DNA of 61,584 nt, the filler included. It is 4 parts of 4 records of this genome, joined end to end, with 100 filler letters (N's around TTAATTAATTAA, not from the genome) between each part and the next. Parts side by side here need not be neighbours in the genome. Positions count along the whole stretch, not along the records: positions 1 to 31,064 come from SRR31156797_6986; positions 31,165 to 38,132 come from SRR31156797_6998; positions 38,233 to 53,149 come from SRR31156797_6999; 1 more part is not named here. One strand, 5' to 3'. Each line of letters starts with the position of its first letter. Positions within the stretch are counted from its first letter, which is position 1. A program made the position numbers and the translations under genes. Below, piece by piece: positions 30,593-40,174 of this stretch. The notes under the pieces were generated by a model. It was not told the DNA's origin. It ran no database searches and saw only the letters and a program-made list of their open reading frames with translations.

Positions 30593-31063
30593 GTGCCTGT
30601 TTCTGCCGGTAACACTGCCCAACAGGAAAAGATAATTTTGCGGGGCATTCAAAAAATATCCGATGCTCATTTTGGGTTCTCTGTTGCCTTTCCGAAAGAC
30701 TGGAGCATTACCAAAGAAGAAAAAGATAAGTATAGCCTCAGTTATACACTGGAACCAACGGAAAAAGACCCCTCTGTATATGTGTCGGCAGTGGATTTTA
30801 AAAAGCCTATCAGTTTGACACAACTTAAAAGGGTGTTTGACAATGAAATAACCAAGGAACTGGATTTTCTCAATCTGTCGACTTCAATGGTCCCATCTCT
30901 ACCAGTTATACTGGATCAATCGATCCGCAAGCCCATCAATGAGGTGCAACTGAACCAATACAGCGGAAATTGGGATGGGCATCCAGTTAACGCTCATATT
31001 GGCTATGTAACCAAAGGGGACTACGGCTATGTAGCGTCCCGAGTGATTATCTACCAAAAATGA
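30593..31063 (+). CDS. Hypothetical protein (PsbP-like FSVAFPKDW motif); start uncertain
   Basis: 156-aa ORF at the contig end with no clear SD; may be a gene remnant. Confidence 0.4.
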   Translation: MPVSAGNTAQQEKIILRGIQKISDAHFGFSVAFPKDWSITKEEKDKYSLSYTLEPTEKDPSVYVSAVDFKKPISLTQLKRVFDNEITKELDFLNLSTSMVPSLPVILDQSIRKPINEVQLNQYSGNWDGHPVNAHIGYVTKGDYGYVASRVIIYQK

Positions 31064-31064
31064 G

Positions 31065-31164
31065 NNNNNNNNNNNNNNNNNNNNNNNNNNNNNNNNNNNN
31101 NNNNNNNNTTAATTAATTAANNNNNNNNNNNNNNNNNNNNNNNNNNNNNNNNNNNNNNNNNNNN
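31065..31164. other. Artificial contig spacer
   Basis: 44 N + TTAATTAATTAA + 44 N; the 12-mer has stops in all six frames. Confidence 0.97.
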
Positions 31165-31542
31165 TTATTGCTCGCTCATGCAACCTGAAAAGAACCGAAC
31201 CAAAGAAAAAACGAACAAGCATGATTTTGCATAGCAAAATCTATTGACCGATAGTATTATTTTGTTTGCAAAATGATACAAAAGGTAGAAAATTCAATGC
31301 GCAGTTTGCCCCAAAGGGCAAATCCACTACGTAAAGCGACGCAAAATCAAGTTTTGTCTTACGCATTACTTAAGTGGGCTTAGGAATTTTCTTATTAAAC
31401 TATTGTGTAAATTGCAGTGAAAGATTGCTACGGATAGGTCTACCACCCCCCACTACACCAATATCCACTTTCCCACTTTCCCCAACCTCCCATAAATGCT
31501 ATAATATTACTATATATTACATATACAGGGGAGTTGTGGCAG

Positions 31543-34320
31543 ATGGATGTTAAGAAGTTTATTAGAGAGCTGAAAGAGATTACTGATGTTAAAGTTATAG
31601 TTTACGAAGATGATAAGAAGTTTAGACGCAGTTCGAATTTATATGGCATTTCAATACTAAAAGTAAATGATACTATAACAGGAGTACGTGTACGTAGTTG
31701 CGAAAATATTGAAAAGATATTAAAGAAGATAGTACAGTTAAATTCTTTGACCTCTTTAGAATTATCGCGATGCAAACTAAAAAAGATACCACAAAGCATA
31801 TTTGAGTTAGAATCCTTACAAGAATTAGATTTAGACGATAGTCAAATAACCCATATACCAGAAAGTATAGTAAAGTTAAAATTCTTACAAAAATTATATT
31901 TAGGCAGTAATCAAATAGCCCATATACCAGAAAGTATAGGGCAGTTAGTATCCTTACAAGAATTAAATTTAAGCGATAATCAAATAAGCGAGATACCAGA
32001 AAGTATAGGACAGTTAAAATCCTTACAAGATTTAGATTTAAGCTGGAATCAAATAACCCAGATACCAGAAAGTATAGGAGAGTTAAAATTTTTACAAAGA
32101 TTAAGTTTAAAAGATAATCAAATAAGCCATATACCAGAGAGTATAGGACAGTTAAAATTCTTAGAAAGATTATATTTATACAAAAATCAAATAACCTATA
32201 TACCAGAAAGCATAGTAAAGTTAAAATCCTTACTAATATTAGATTTAAGGGATAATCAAATAACCCATATATCAGAAAGTATAGGACAGTTAAAATACTT
32301 GCAGTATTTAAGATTGTGGGGTAATCTAATAACAAAACTACCACCCCAATTATGCAAACTAGAGCTATTGGAAAAACTTGATGTTGATGATTGCCCCTTA
32401 GTTGACCCGCCTATAGAGATTGCGAAGCAGGGTATAGATGCAATACGTGAATACTTCGAGGCAAAGGAAAAGGAGAAAGTCAAGGTCTACGAAGCCAAGC
32501 TAATGATAGTAGGCGAACCGGGAGCAGGGAAGACAACTCTCCAGCGAAAACTGCTGAACCCAGAGGCAGAGCTGCCAGAGAAAGATGAAACTACCAAGGG
32601 TATAGATATTGGTACATGGGAATACAGCTACAGGGATAATAATTACACAGTAAATATTTGGGACTTTGGAGGGCAGCAGATATACCGTTCTACTCATCAG
32701 TTTTTTATGAGTGAGCGTGTGCTATATGTACTGCTGGCTGATTCACGAGAGGAAAAAACCGACTACAATGACTGGCTTCATCGAATACAGCTATTTGCCA
32801 ATGACAGCCCTGTGGTTATCGTCCACAATGAAATGAACGACAGAGTAAAGCAAATCGATATGCCAAGTCTGAGGCAGACATTCCCATATATAAATGAACC
32901 CATGCGATGCAATCTGGCAAAGACTGTAGGCTCGATAAGGGAAGATGAGTATTGGAGTGTAGTTAATGAGATAAAGCAAAAGATAGCCAAGCTAAATGTA
33001 ATAGGGCAGGAGTTTCCTAAGTCATGGCTGGATTTAAGGAGCCAACTAGAGATAATAGTAAATCAAGATAAACTAGACTATATTTCATCAGATAAATACT
33101 ATGAGCTTTGTGAGGAATATGGAATTGACCAAAGGGGTGCAAAAGTACTGGGGAACTATCTCCATGCAATCGGAGCAATATTATTTTTCCCAGAGGATGA
33201 TGTCCTAAAAAATACTGTTATCCTAAATCCTGAATGGGGAACAGATGCAGTGTACAAGGTAATCGACGATGAAAGGGTGCAGAGTAGCTACGGTAGATTT
33301 ACCATGTGTGACATACACAGGATTTGGTCGGCAAATATGTATAGTAATAAACACTTTGAGCTGCTTCAATTGATGAAGAATTTCAGAATCTGCTACAAAT
33401 CAACTCATCAGAGAGACTTTTACATACTGCCTCAGCTGCTAAAGTATCCACCCGAAGATTATTCATGGGGACATAAGGCAGACCTTCACTTCAGATATCA
33501 ATATTCAGGCTATTACCTAAAGCTGATAATGTATCATTTCATTGTGGCAGTTCACCAGTATATTGAGGGGGATTGTGTTTGGCGAAATTGTGTAATACTT
33601 GGCAGAGATGATGCCAGTGCAGAGATAAAGGCGGACGAAAAGAAAGGACGAATACACATTCGTGTCAGTGGTATGATGTGCGATGAATTTCTGGCAATAA
33701 TACGCTACAACTTCGAAATGATTCACTCACAGTATCCTAAGCTGCAGGTAGAGAGTATGGTTCCCTGTAATTGTGATGTGTGCAAAAATTCTGATGAACC
33801 TAACTTGTATAAGAATTCATATCTGCGTGACAGACTAAAACACGGTAAGAAAATAGTGGAATGCAGTAAAAACAACTATACTGAAGTGGATATTGAGACG
33901 TTAGTCAGGAACTTCCCATTTTATAAAATTAACGATAAACAAAAATGGATGACTAGAGAAGAAACAGAAAAATTGATAAAGGAGAAAGGTTTTATGAAAA
34001 TACATTATGGCGACGAAATACATGCTGGCGGAGATGTGCAAAATGCAAAAGGCAAAAATATCAATCAAACAATGACAAAAGATTCAAAAATGGAGAATGC
34101 GGTAAAAGACCTAAAGAACGCAATAGACAAAGAAGAACTACACAGTGATATCAAAAATCAAATCCAAGCCGTTATCACAGAGATACAGGATAACGACTAC
34201 GACCTAAAGCCAAAGGTTAAAATCAGGCTAAAGGATACACTGCAAAATATTTTGCAGAATGTAGCGAATGTGGCTACAGTTGCAGGATTTATTACACAAT
34301 TGATTGGATTGCTTACTTGA
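31543..34320 (+). CDS. Roco protein (LRR-Roc-COR) with a C-terminal extension
   Basis: 23-aa LRRs; Roc motifs GEPGAGKT, TKGIDI, WDFGGQ, THQFF; COR (ILNPEW, LLQLMKNF); CNCDVC...C. ATG 31543 is 9 nt after GGAG. Confidence 0.93.
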   Translation: MDVKKFIRELKEITDVKVIVYEDDKKFRRSSNLYGISILKVNDTITGVRVRSCENIEKILKKIVQLNSLTSLELSRCKLKKIPQSIFELESLQELDLDDSQITHIPESIVKLKFLQKLYLGSNQIAHIPESIGQLVSLQELNLSDNQISEIPESIGQLKSLQDLDLSWNQITQIPESIGELKFLQRLSLKDNQISHIPESIGQLKFLERLYLYKNQITYIPESIVKLKSLLILDLRDNQITHISESIGQLKYLQYLRLWGNLITKLPPQLCKLELLEKLDVDDCPLVDPPIEIAKQGIDAIREYFEAKEKEKVKVYEAKLMIVGEPGAGKTTLQRKLLNPEAELPEKDETTKGIDIGTWEYSYRDNNYTVNIWDFGGQQIYRSTHQFFMSERVLYVLLADSREEKTDYNDWLHRIQLFANDSPVVIVHNEMNDRVKQIDMPSLRQTFPYINEPMRCNLAKTVGSIREDEYWSVVNEIKQKIAKLNVIGQEFPKSWLDLRSQLEIIVNQDKLDYISSDKYYELCEEYGIDQRGAKVLGNYLHAIGAILFFPEDDVLKNTVILNPEWGTDAVYKVIDDERVQSSYGRFTMCDIHRIWSANMYSNKHFELLQLMKNFRICYKSTHQRDFYILPQLLKYPPEDYSWGHKADLHFRYQYSGYYLKLIMYHFIVAVHQYIEGDCVWRNCVILGRDDASAEIKADEKKGRIHIRVSGMMCDEFLAIIRYNFEMIHSQYPKLQVESMVPCNCDVCKNSDEPNLYKNSYLRDRLKHGKKIVECSKNNYTEVDIETLVRNFPFYKINDKQKWMTREETEKLIKEKGFMKIHYGDEIHAGGDVQNAKGKNINQTMTKDSKMENAVKDLKNAIDKEELHSDIKNQIQAVITEIQDNDYDLKPKVKIRLKDTLQNILQNVANVATVAGFITQLIGLLT
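31843..32325 (+). repeat. 69-bp tandem repeat encoding LRRs (7 close copies plus degenerate flanks)
   Basis: CAAATA(A/G)...ATA(C/T)CAGA(A/G)AG(T/C)ATAG units start at 31843, 31912, 31981, 32050, 32119, 32188 and 32257. Confidence 0.92.
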
Positions 34321-34420
34321 TGGGCGGTTGATATTATCGCAACTCTCAAGGGATTAAATCCCTTGAGCAAAGTACAGTGCAGAGTCCCGCTTTTGTGCGA
34401 CAGCATGATGCAGTAATCCC

Positions 34421-35176
34421 CTAGCACAAAGGCAAACAATCATCCACACAATAGCTGTAGGTCATCATAGACACATCCTCATTCTTATAGCAGTCACCGT
34501 GGAAGCTAAAGCGATTCTGCAGTAAGCCCAGACCGTCTACATGTGCCAAGCCGACTACCTCCTGATATACGATTAAATCACAGGAATAGTCTCTGTTAAC
34601 GATAGGGAATGAAATATTAGCTCCGTATACACTTCCTTCTGTAGGCTTTTTCAGAGTTCCGTCAGGGTAGTAGAGATTGTTCAGATAATCCATACCTTTG
34701 CAGGAGATGTCTACACCATAGGCTAGATTATCCCGTGTTATCCTTACCAGGTAGCAGTTCTTGTAATTTGCCTTGTAGTTATCATACTTGTCATTATACA
34801 TATCATCGGAGAATACAGTTTTCATTCTGCAATTATTGAAATTAATGATATAGAAGAATACATAGCCGCCGCTGCCGCCTGAATCGATATTTATGTATAT
34901 GGAGTTCTCAGCACCGTTAAAGCACAGAATCTGCAAAGTTGGATTGTATCCGCCTTTTAGCGCACATTTGTCCATACAATTTGCTGCAAACACGTAGACA
35001 TAGACTTCCTTGTAGAATGTTGCATTGTCGTCAAATGGAATGCCAGTAACAACTACCATGCAGGGCTTCTTGTCTCTGCCTAGGATTGCTCTTTGACATG
35101 CCAGTATTTCTTCGCCCTTACCTATACGATGACGCACATTTATATTATCTAGACTTTTTTTACTTTTTCTTTTCAT
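34421..35176 (-). CDS. Cys-rich clostridial hypothetical protein, spore-coat-like
   Basis: GYNPTL...IDSGGSGG and DISCKG...Y..DGTLKKP recall a Firmicutes family often labelled spore coat protein; upstream CATATACT (35239-35246, minus strand) resembles a sigmaE/K -10. Confidence 0.55.
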   Translation of the reverse strand: MKRKSKKSLDNINVRHRIGKGEEILACQRAILGRDKKPCMVVVTGIPFDDNATFYKEVYVYVFAANCMDKCALKGGYNPTLQILCFNGAENSIYINIDSGGSGGYVFFYIINFNNCRMKTVFSDDMYNDKYDNYKANYKNCYLVRITRDNLAYGVDISCKGMDYLNNLYYPDGTLKKPTEGSVYGANISFPIVNRDYSCDLIVYQEVVGLAHVDGLGLLQNRFSFHGDCYKNEDVSMMTYSYCVDDCLPLC

Positions 35177-35433
35177 AAATATAATACCTTTCTTTGATTA
35201 TTAATTGAATATGAAGATGAGTAAATGCTCATGGTAATAGTATATGATTAAGATTTGGAAATGCTTACACAACAAATTAAATATTCATAAGCATTTGTTT
35301 CGCTGTGAGATATTAGTAGTAATGGGATCTATTTGATGTGGATTTTTAAATAGTAAATATTATCTGCATATTGTTGAATCATTAACTTTTTTATAATGTG
35401 AAGAATAACCTTTGTGAATCTTAATATTAGATT

Positions 35434-35850
35434 TTAAAATAACGTGCTTTCTTCTGCAATGCTTTCTGAGGCATCTTCAGCGCTCTTTTTTGATGCTCGG
35501 TATTTTACCAGAGAAGTTATAACGGTAAAAACAATGACGATAATAATACTGATAGTTCTATTCCCAACAGAATATGCAATGGAAAATAAAAAATCGCATA
35601 TTGCCTGAAAAATATTAAATAAAATGCTTCCAAAGCCCTTTGCCTTGGTAACAGCAATTACAGACAGAACAAAGCTAAGAATAATAACTAAAACAAATAA
35701 GAATACAGACATGTCGTATGCATTTGCCAATATACCACCATTGCTGAGGTTGTCCACAAATACAGTTGTTGCTACCAATACAAATGGAAATAGTAATATA
35801 AAAAAGAATATCTTTTTCAGTGATATATATTCAGATGAAGAATCATGCAT
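35434..35850 (-). CDS. Hypothetical membrane protein
   Basis: 138 aa with about 4 hydrophobic segments; GAGGG SD upstream. Confidence 0.7.
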   Translation of the reverse strand: MHDSSSEYISLKKIFFFILLFPFVLVATTVFVDNLSNGGILANAYDMSVFLFVLVIILSFVLSVIAVTKAKGFGSILFNIFQAICDFLFSIAYSVGNRTISIIIVIVFTVITSLVKYRASKKSAEDASESIAEESTLF

Positions 35851-36080
35851 TTATTTTTCCCTCTGAAGTATTATATGTTTTTATACAGCTAATTATTGAT
35901 ATATTATATTCTATTATACTAATTGTAAAATAAGGAAATGATTACTACGGAGGAGTCAATTAATACAAAAGAAATACTATTATATATTTATATTAATAGT
36001 ACACTTTTATTTATTAGGTTGTTTATTAAATGCTTAAAATTATTTAACGAGATATTTAGACCAAAAAATGCTCTATTTAC

Positions 36081-36109
36081 TTGCATATTAGGTGAAAAAA
36101 TGTTAAAAT
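36081..36109 (+). promoter_or_regulatory. SigmaA promoter of rpmB
   Basis: TTGCAT-17 nt-TAAAAT with an extended TG. Confidence 0.7.
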
Positions 36110-36190
36110 ACATAGCACTGTATATATGAGGGCAGTATTTAGTGCGTTTAAACACTATTGTATTTATAATTCGGAAGGAATGAGCTAAAA

Positions 36191-36382
36191 ATGGCTAACA
36201 AGTGTCAAATCTGCGGTAAGAAAGCAGTACACGGAAACAATGTTTCTCACTCAAACAGAAAGACAAAGCGTACATGGAAACCAAATGTACAAAAGGTGCG
36301 CGCAATTGTAAAAGGTACACCTAAGTCAATCTACGTTTGCACTAGCTGCCTGCGTTCAGGCAAAGTAGAGCGTAACGTTTAA
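36191..36382 (+). CDS. rpmB: 50S ribosomal protein L28
   Basis: CQICGK, GNNVSHSNRKTKRTWKPNVQ, CTSCLRSG (Zn-binding type). Confidence 0.97.
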   Translation: MANKCQICGKKAVHGNNVSHSNRKTKRTWKPNVQKVRAIVKGTPKSIYVCTSCLRSGKVERNV

Positions 36383-36420
36383 TACATCTTTTGAGTACTA
36401 TAAGAACATATGTATGTAGC

Positions 36421-36449
36421 ACATAGTCGTTATATGACGGCTATGTTTT
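36421..36449 (+). terminator. Terminator after rpmB
   Basis: ACATAGTCGTT/GACGGCTATGT stem followed by a short T-run. Confidence 0.6.
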
Positions 36450-36483
36450 ACTGTACTTAAAAATAAATAAGGATTATTTGGAT

Positions 36484-37830
36484 ATGGGAAAATTATTCGG
36501 TACAGATGGAGTTAGAGGAGTTGCAGGTACGGAGCTTAGCTGTCAGCTAGCATATGATCTAGGCAGGGCAGGAGCTCATGTATTAACCGACACTACACAC
36601 CGTCCAAAAATATTAGTAGGAAGAGATACCAGAATATCCGGCAATATGCTGGAAATGGCACTATGTGCAGGTATCTGCTCAACTGGTGCAACAGTACTTT
36701 TGGTAGATGTTATGCCTACACCTGCAATCAGTTACCTTACAAGAAAGTACAAGGCAGATGCAGGAGTTGTAATCTCTGCAAGTCACAACCCAATGGAATT
36801 TAATGGAATTAAATTCTTTAACTGTGAAGGCTTTAAGCTGTCAGATGAATTGGAAAATCAAATAGAAGCAATCATTGAGGATAATTGCAGCGTGGTAGAT
36901 ATAGTAATAGGTGCTGAAGTAGGTACTGTAGAGACTATTGATTACGCTGATAAAGATTATATTGAATATATAATGTCACTGAACTCCATTGATATAAAGG
37001 GAATGAAAATCGCTATCGACTGCGCAAATGGTGCAGCAAGTGCTGTGGCACCAAAGTTGTTTGACAAAATGCATATGGATTACATATCTATCTATGACCA
37101 TCCAAACGGAGTAAATATTAATGCTGACTGCGGCTCAACACATCTGGGTGAACTAAAAAAACTGGTAGTTGATACAAAATGCGATTTAGGTCTTGCCTTT
37201 GACGGAGATGCTGACAGGATGCTGGCTGTGGATGAAAAGGGCGAGGAAATTGACGGTGATATGATTATGGCAATCTGCGCTAAACAGATGAAAGAGGACG
37301 GAGTTCTCAATGGCGATACATTGGTTGCAACAGTTATGAGTAATCTTGGGTTGTCAATATTTGCAGATAAAGCTGACATTAACTTGGAGCGTTCCAAGGT
37401 TGGGGATAGATATGTACTTGAACTTATGAAGGAAAAAGGGTATAATCTAGGCGGAGAGCAGTCTGGACATGTAATATTCTTAGATTATAATACGACAGGT
37501 GATGGAATATTATCAGGGCTTAAGCTGATGGAGGCTCTGAAATTATCAGGCAAAAAGGCAAGCGAGCTGAAGTCAATCATGAAGAAGCTGCCTCAGGTAT
37601 TGGTAAATGTGAAAGTAGCCAACGACAAAAAGTATGCGTATGCCGATGATAAGGACATTGCGGATTTTATAGACAATCTGGATAAAAAGTATGACGGCAG
37701 TGGCAGAGTGCTGGTAAGACCATCAGGTACAGAGCCAAAGGTCAGGGTTATGATTGAGGGCGAAAATATTGATGAAATCACCAATGATGCCAATGCACTG
37801 GCAAAATTGATGAAGGAAAAGTTCGCTTAA
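36484..37830 (+). CDS. glmM: Phosphoglucosamine mutase
   Basis: LFGTDGVRG, SASHNP, DGDADR, GGEQSGH, RPSGTEP; glmS ribozyme downstream. Confidence 0.96.
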   Translation: MGKLFGTDGVRGVAGTELSCQLAYDLGRAGAHVLTDTTHRPKILVGRDTRISGNMLEMALCAGICSTGATVLLVDVMPTPAISYLTRKYKADAGVVISASHNPMEFNGIKFFNCEGFKLSDELENQIEAIIEDNCSVVDIVIGAEVGTVETIDYADKDYIEYIMSLNSIDIKGMKIAIDCANGAASAVAPKLFDKMHMDYISIYDHPNGVNINADCGSTHLGELKKLVVDTKCDLGLAFDGDADRMLAVDEKGEEIDGDMIMAICAKQMKEDGVLNGDTLVATVMSNLGLSIFADKADINLERSKVGDRYVLELMKEKGYNLGGEQSGHVIFLDYNTTGDGILSGLKLMEALKLSGKKASELKSIMKKLPQVLVNVKVANDKKYAYADDKDIADFIDNLDKKYDGSGRVLVRPSGTEPKVRVMIEGENIDEITNDANALAKLMKEKFA

Positions 37831-37843
37831 AATGTTTGCAATA

Positions 37844-37879
37844 GGAAAAGCTATTTACGTCAATTAGCTTTTCCGTTTC
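37844..37879 (+). terminator. Hairpin after glmM
   Basis: GGAAAAGCTA/TAGCTTTTCC stem with a weak U-tract. Confidence 0.5.
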
Positions 37880-37953
37880 ATATAATATAATATATTTGCA
37901 AAACTAATTATAAAGGAGGATATAAAGAAATAACGAAATGAAAACTAAATAGC

Positions 37954-38132
37954 AGCGCCAGACCCAGCAAATTTAATAAATTTATATTTATCACCTGCTT
38001 ACGTAATGAAATCTACGATTTCAAAACAATTGCAGGGAGCAGCTAAATGTGGTTTAGCTAAAAAATTTGTTTTGAGTTTTTCTTATTAGAAAAATTCTTG
38101 GGTGACGAGGACAGGGTTAATCGAAAATTCGG
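37954..38132 (+). ncRNA. glmS: glmS ribozyme (truncated by the contig end)
   Basis: AGCGCCAG cleavage-site motif at 37954, P1 ACCCAG/TTGGGT, core GACGAGG...TTAATCGAAAATTCGG; typical position downstream of glmM. Confidence 0.88.
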
Positions 38133-38232
38133 NNNNNNNNNNNNNNNNNNNNNNNNNNNNNNNNNNNNNNNNNNNNTTAATTAATTAANNNNNNNNNNNN
38201 NNNNNNNNNNNNNNNNNNNNNNNNNNNNNNNN
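38133..38232. other. Artificial contig spacer
   Basis: 44 N + TTAATTAATTAA + 44 N. Confidence 0.97.
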
Positions 38233-38364
38233 ACGCTGACTCATACCATGAGTTTCAGCTTGTTTGAGATACCAGTTATTTTCTAATGTAGCGGCACCGA
38301 GTGTGGCAGCAATGGATAGAATCCCTTGACCTCCTACTCCGGCTAATATGATATCAGTTTTCAT
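38233..38364 (-). CDS. iorB: Indolepyruvate:ferredoxin oxidoreductase beta subunit (5' partial)
   Basis: Manual translation MKTDIILAGVGGQGILS...AETHGMSQR. Confidence 0.9.
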
Positions 38365-38382
38365 AATAATCTGGGTTTAGCG

Positions 38383-39993
38383 TTAATTTTGTTTCTTTAG
38401 TTTAGCTTCCATTTTTTTGCGACGTAGTGCTTTTTGAATACACTCACGACGTGGAATAATCACTGAAGGTCCATTATACTCAAACTCTTCTTTCATTACC
38501 TGCACCATTTCATCATGATTCTTTTTAATTGGATTCAATACACGAATATGATCAGGATCAACACCTAGCCCCTTACAAATAGATTCAATTCTATTTAATG
38601 CTGAAGAGTCCTGGCCTCCAGTCATTGAAGTTGACTCATTATCAGAAATAATAACTGTAATAGGCGAATTTTCGTTCACAGCATCAAGTAAACCTGTCAT
38701 ACCTGAGTGAGTAAAAGTAGAATCACCAATAACTGTTACCGCAGGAACTAAACCAGCATCAGCAGCTCCTTTTGCCATAGTTACAGAAGCTCCCATATCC
38801 ACACATGTATTAATCGCATTAAATGGTTCCAATGCACCTAATGTATAGCAGCCGATATCAGAAAAAACACGCCCTTCACCATAAGGAGCAAGCGCCTCGT
38901 TCAATGCATTATATACATCTATGTGACTACATCCAGGACACATACTAGGAGGACGATTGACAACAAAATCTGGAATTTTACTCTCTTTAGAACCTGTTTG
39001 AATACCTAAAGAAGCAGCAACTAAATCAGCATTTAACTCACCATCACGCGGTAAAGTACCATCTAATCTACCTTTTACAGCTTCTTTTTCAAGGAAACCT
39101 TTAATCATTTCCTCTATCATTGGGTAACCTTCTTCGATTACCAATAATTCATCTGTTTCTGCTGCAATTTGCTTCACCTGCTTTTCAGGAAGCGGATATT
39201 GTGCAACTTTCAGAACAGGATATTTACAATCTTTTTCAGATAAAATCTCTCTCAAATAATTATATCCTAAGCCACAAGCAATAATTCCCAGGCTCTTATC
39301 TTCACCATCAAAATATTTGTTATAAGGTGAATTCTCGGACTCTGAAATAAAGTGATCCTGGTTAGATAATAATCCTTTATATTGTTTTCTGGCAATAGAT
39401 GGAAGCAATACAAATTGACGTGGATTTGAAGGTAATGATTGCTCATTTTGAGGTCTCATTTCTTTTGTGATAACTCCGGCTCTTGAATGAGCAATACGAG
39501 TTGTAATTCTTATCATTACAGGCACTTTATATTTTTCTGAAAATTCAAATGCACTGTAAGCCATGTCATAAGCTTCTTGCTGATTTGATGGCTCAAGAAT
39601 TGGAATTAATGCAAACTTACCATACACACGCGAATCCTGCTCGTTTTGAGAGGAGTGCATTGAAGGATCATCTGCCACAACCACTAACATTCCACCATTT
39701 ACGCCTGTTATAGCTGCGTTCATAAAGTTATCAGCAGCCACATTAAGCCCAACATGTTTCATACATGTCATACTACGCTTTCCTGCGTAAGCCATTCCTA
39801 GCGCAGCTTCCATAGCAGTCTTTTCATTAGCTGCCCAGTCACTATGAATGTTTCTTTCCTTAGCAATCTTACTTGCCTGAATATATTCTGTTATTTCTGT
39901 AGAAGGAGTTCCCGGATATGCATAAACACCGGATAAGCCTGCATCAATAGCTCCTTGTGCGATGGCCTCATCTCCCAATAAAAGTTTTTGCAT
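38383..39993 (-). CDS. iorA: Indolepyruvate:ferredoxin oxidoreductase alpha subunit
   Basis: YPGTPSTE, NEKTAME, KHVGLNVAAD, SSQNEQD, CPGCSH, DIGCY, GDSTF. Confidence 0.94.
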   Translation of the reverse strand: MQKLLLGDEAIAQGAIDAGLSGVYAYPGTPSTEITEYIQASKIAKERNIHSDWAANEKTAMEAALGMAYAGKRSMTCMKHVGLNVAADNFMNAAITGVNGGMLVVVADDPSMHSSQNEQDSRVYGKFALIPILEPSNQQEAYDMAYSAFEFSEKYKVPVMIRITTRIAHSRAGVITKEMRPQNEQSLPSNPRQFVLLPSIARKQYKGLLSNQDHFISESENSPYNKYFDGEDKSLGIIACGLGYNYLREILSEKDCKYPVLKVAQYPLPEKQVKQIAAETDELLVIEEGYPMIEEMIKGFLEKEAVKGRLDGTLPRDGELNADLVAASLGIQTGSKESKIPDFVVNRPPSMCPGCSHIDVYNALNEALAPYGEGRVFSDIGCYTLGALEPFNAINTCVDMGASVTMAKGAADAGLVPAVTVIGDSTFTHSGMTGLLDAVNENSPITVIISDNESTSMTGGQDSSALNRIESICKGLGVDPDHIRVLNPIKKNHDEMVQVMKEEFEYNGPSVIIPRRECIQKALRRKKMEAKLKKQN

Positions 39994-40063
39994 TGATCAA
40001 TATTTTAAATTACAAATTTGTTTCTTAGAGAAAATCGAAAAATAAAAAAAGGAAAGTGTGGTA

Positions 40064-40147
40064 TTACAGACCACCAAAGCGTTTTTGAAAGCCAACATTA
40101 ATGGCAATCACAAAATAATAAATAGCTGGAATATAGATGTTTTTCAT
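40064..40147 (-). CDS. Putative leader peptide of iorAB
   Basis: MKNIYIPAIYYFVIAINVGFQKRFGGL, between the promoter and iorA, followed by a short hairpin and U-rich tract. Confidence 0.5.
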   Translation of the reverse strand: MKNIYIPAIYYFVIAINVGFQKRFGGL

Positions 40148-40174
40148 AAAATGAATCGTCATTTTATTGTTGTT

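Noticed and set aside
31109-31120. TTAATTAATTAA as a biological repeat
   Set aside because: It is centred in N-runs at all three junctions and is a synthetic six-frame-stop linker.
31316-31365. c-di-GMP-I riboswitch (GGCAAA...GACGCAAA)
   Set aside because: The spacing fits, but the P2 stem between the motifs does not pair, and GGGCAAA is tied up in a perfect hairpin with TTTGCCC; cmscan would settle it.
31843-32325. CRISPR array
   Set aside because: The repeats are in-frame 69-bp coding units without unique spacers, and no cas genes are present.
31673-32344. 223-aa hydrophobic repeat ORF on the minus strand
   Set aside because: Antisense shadow of the LRR tandem repeat.
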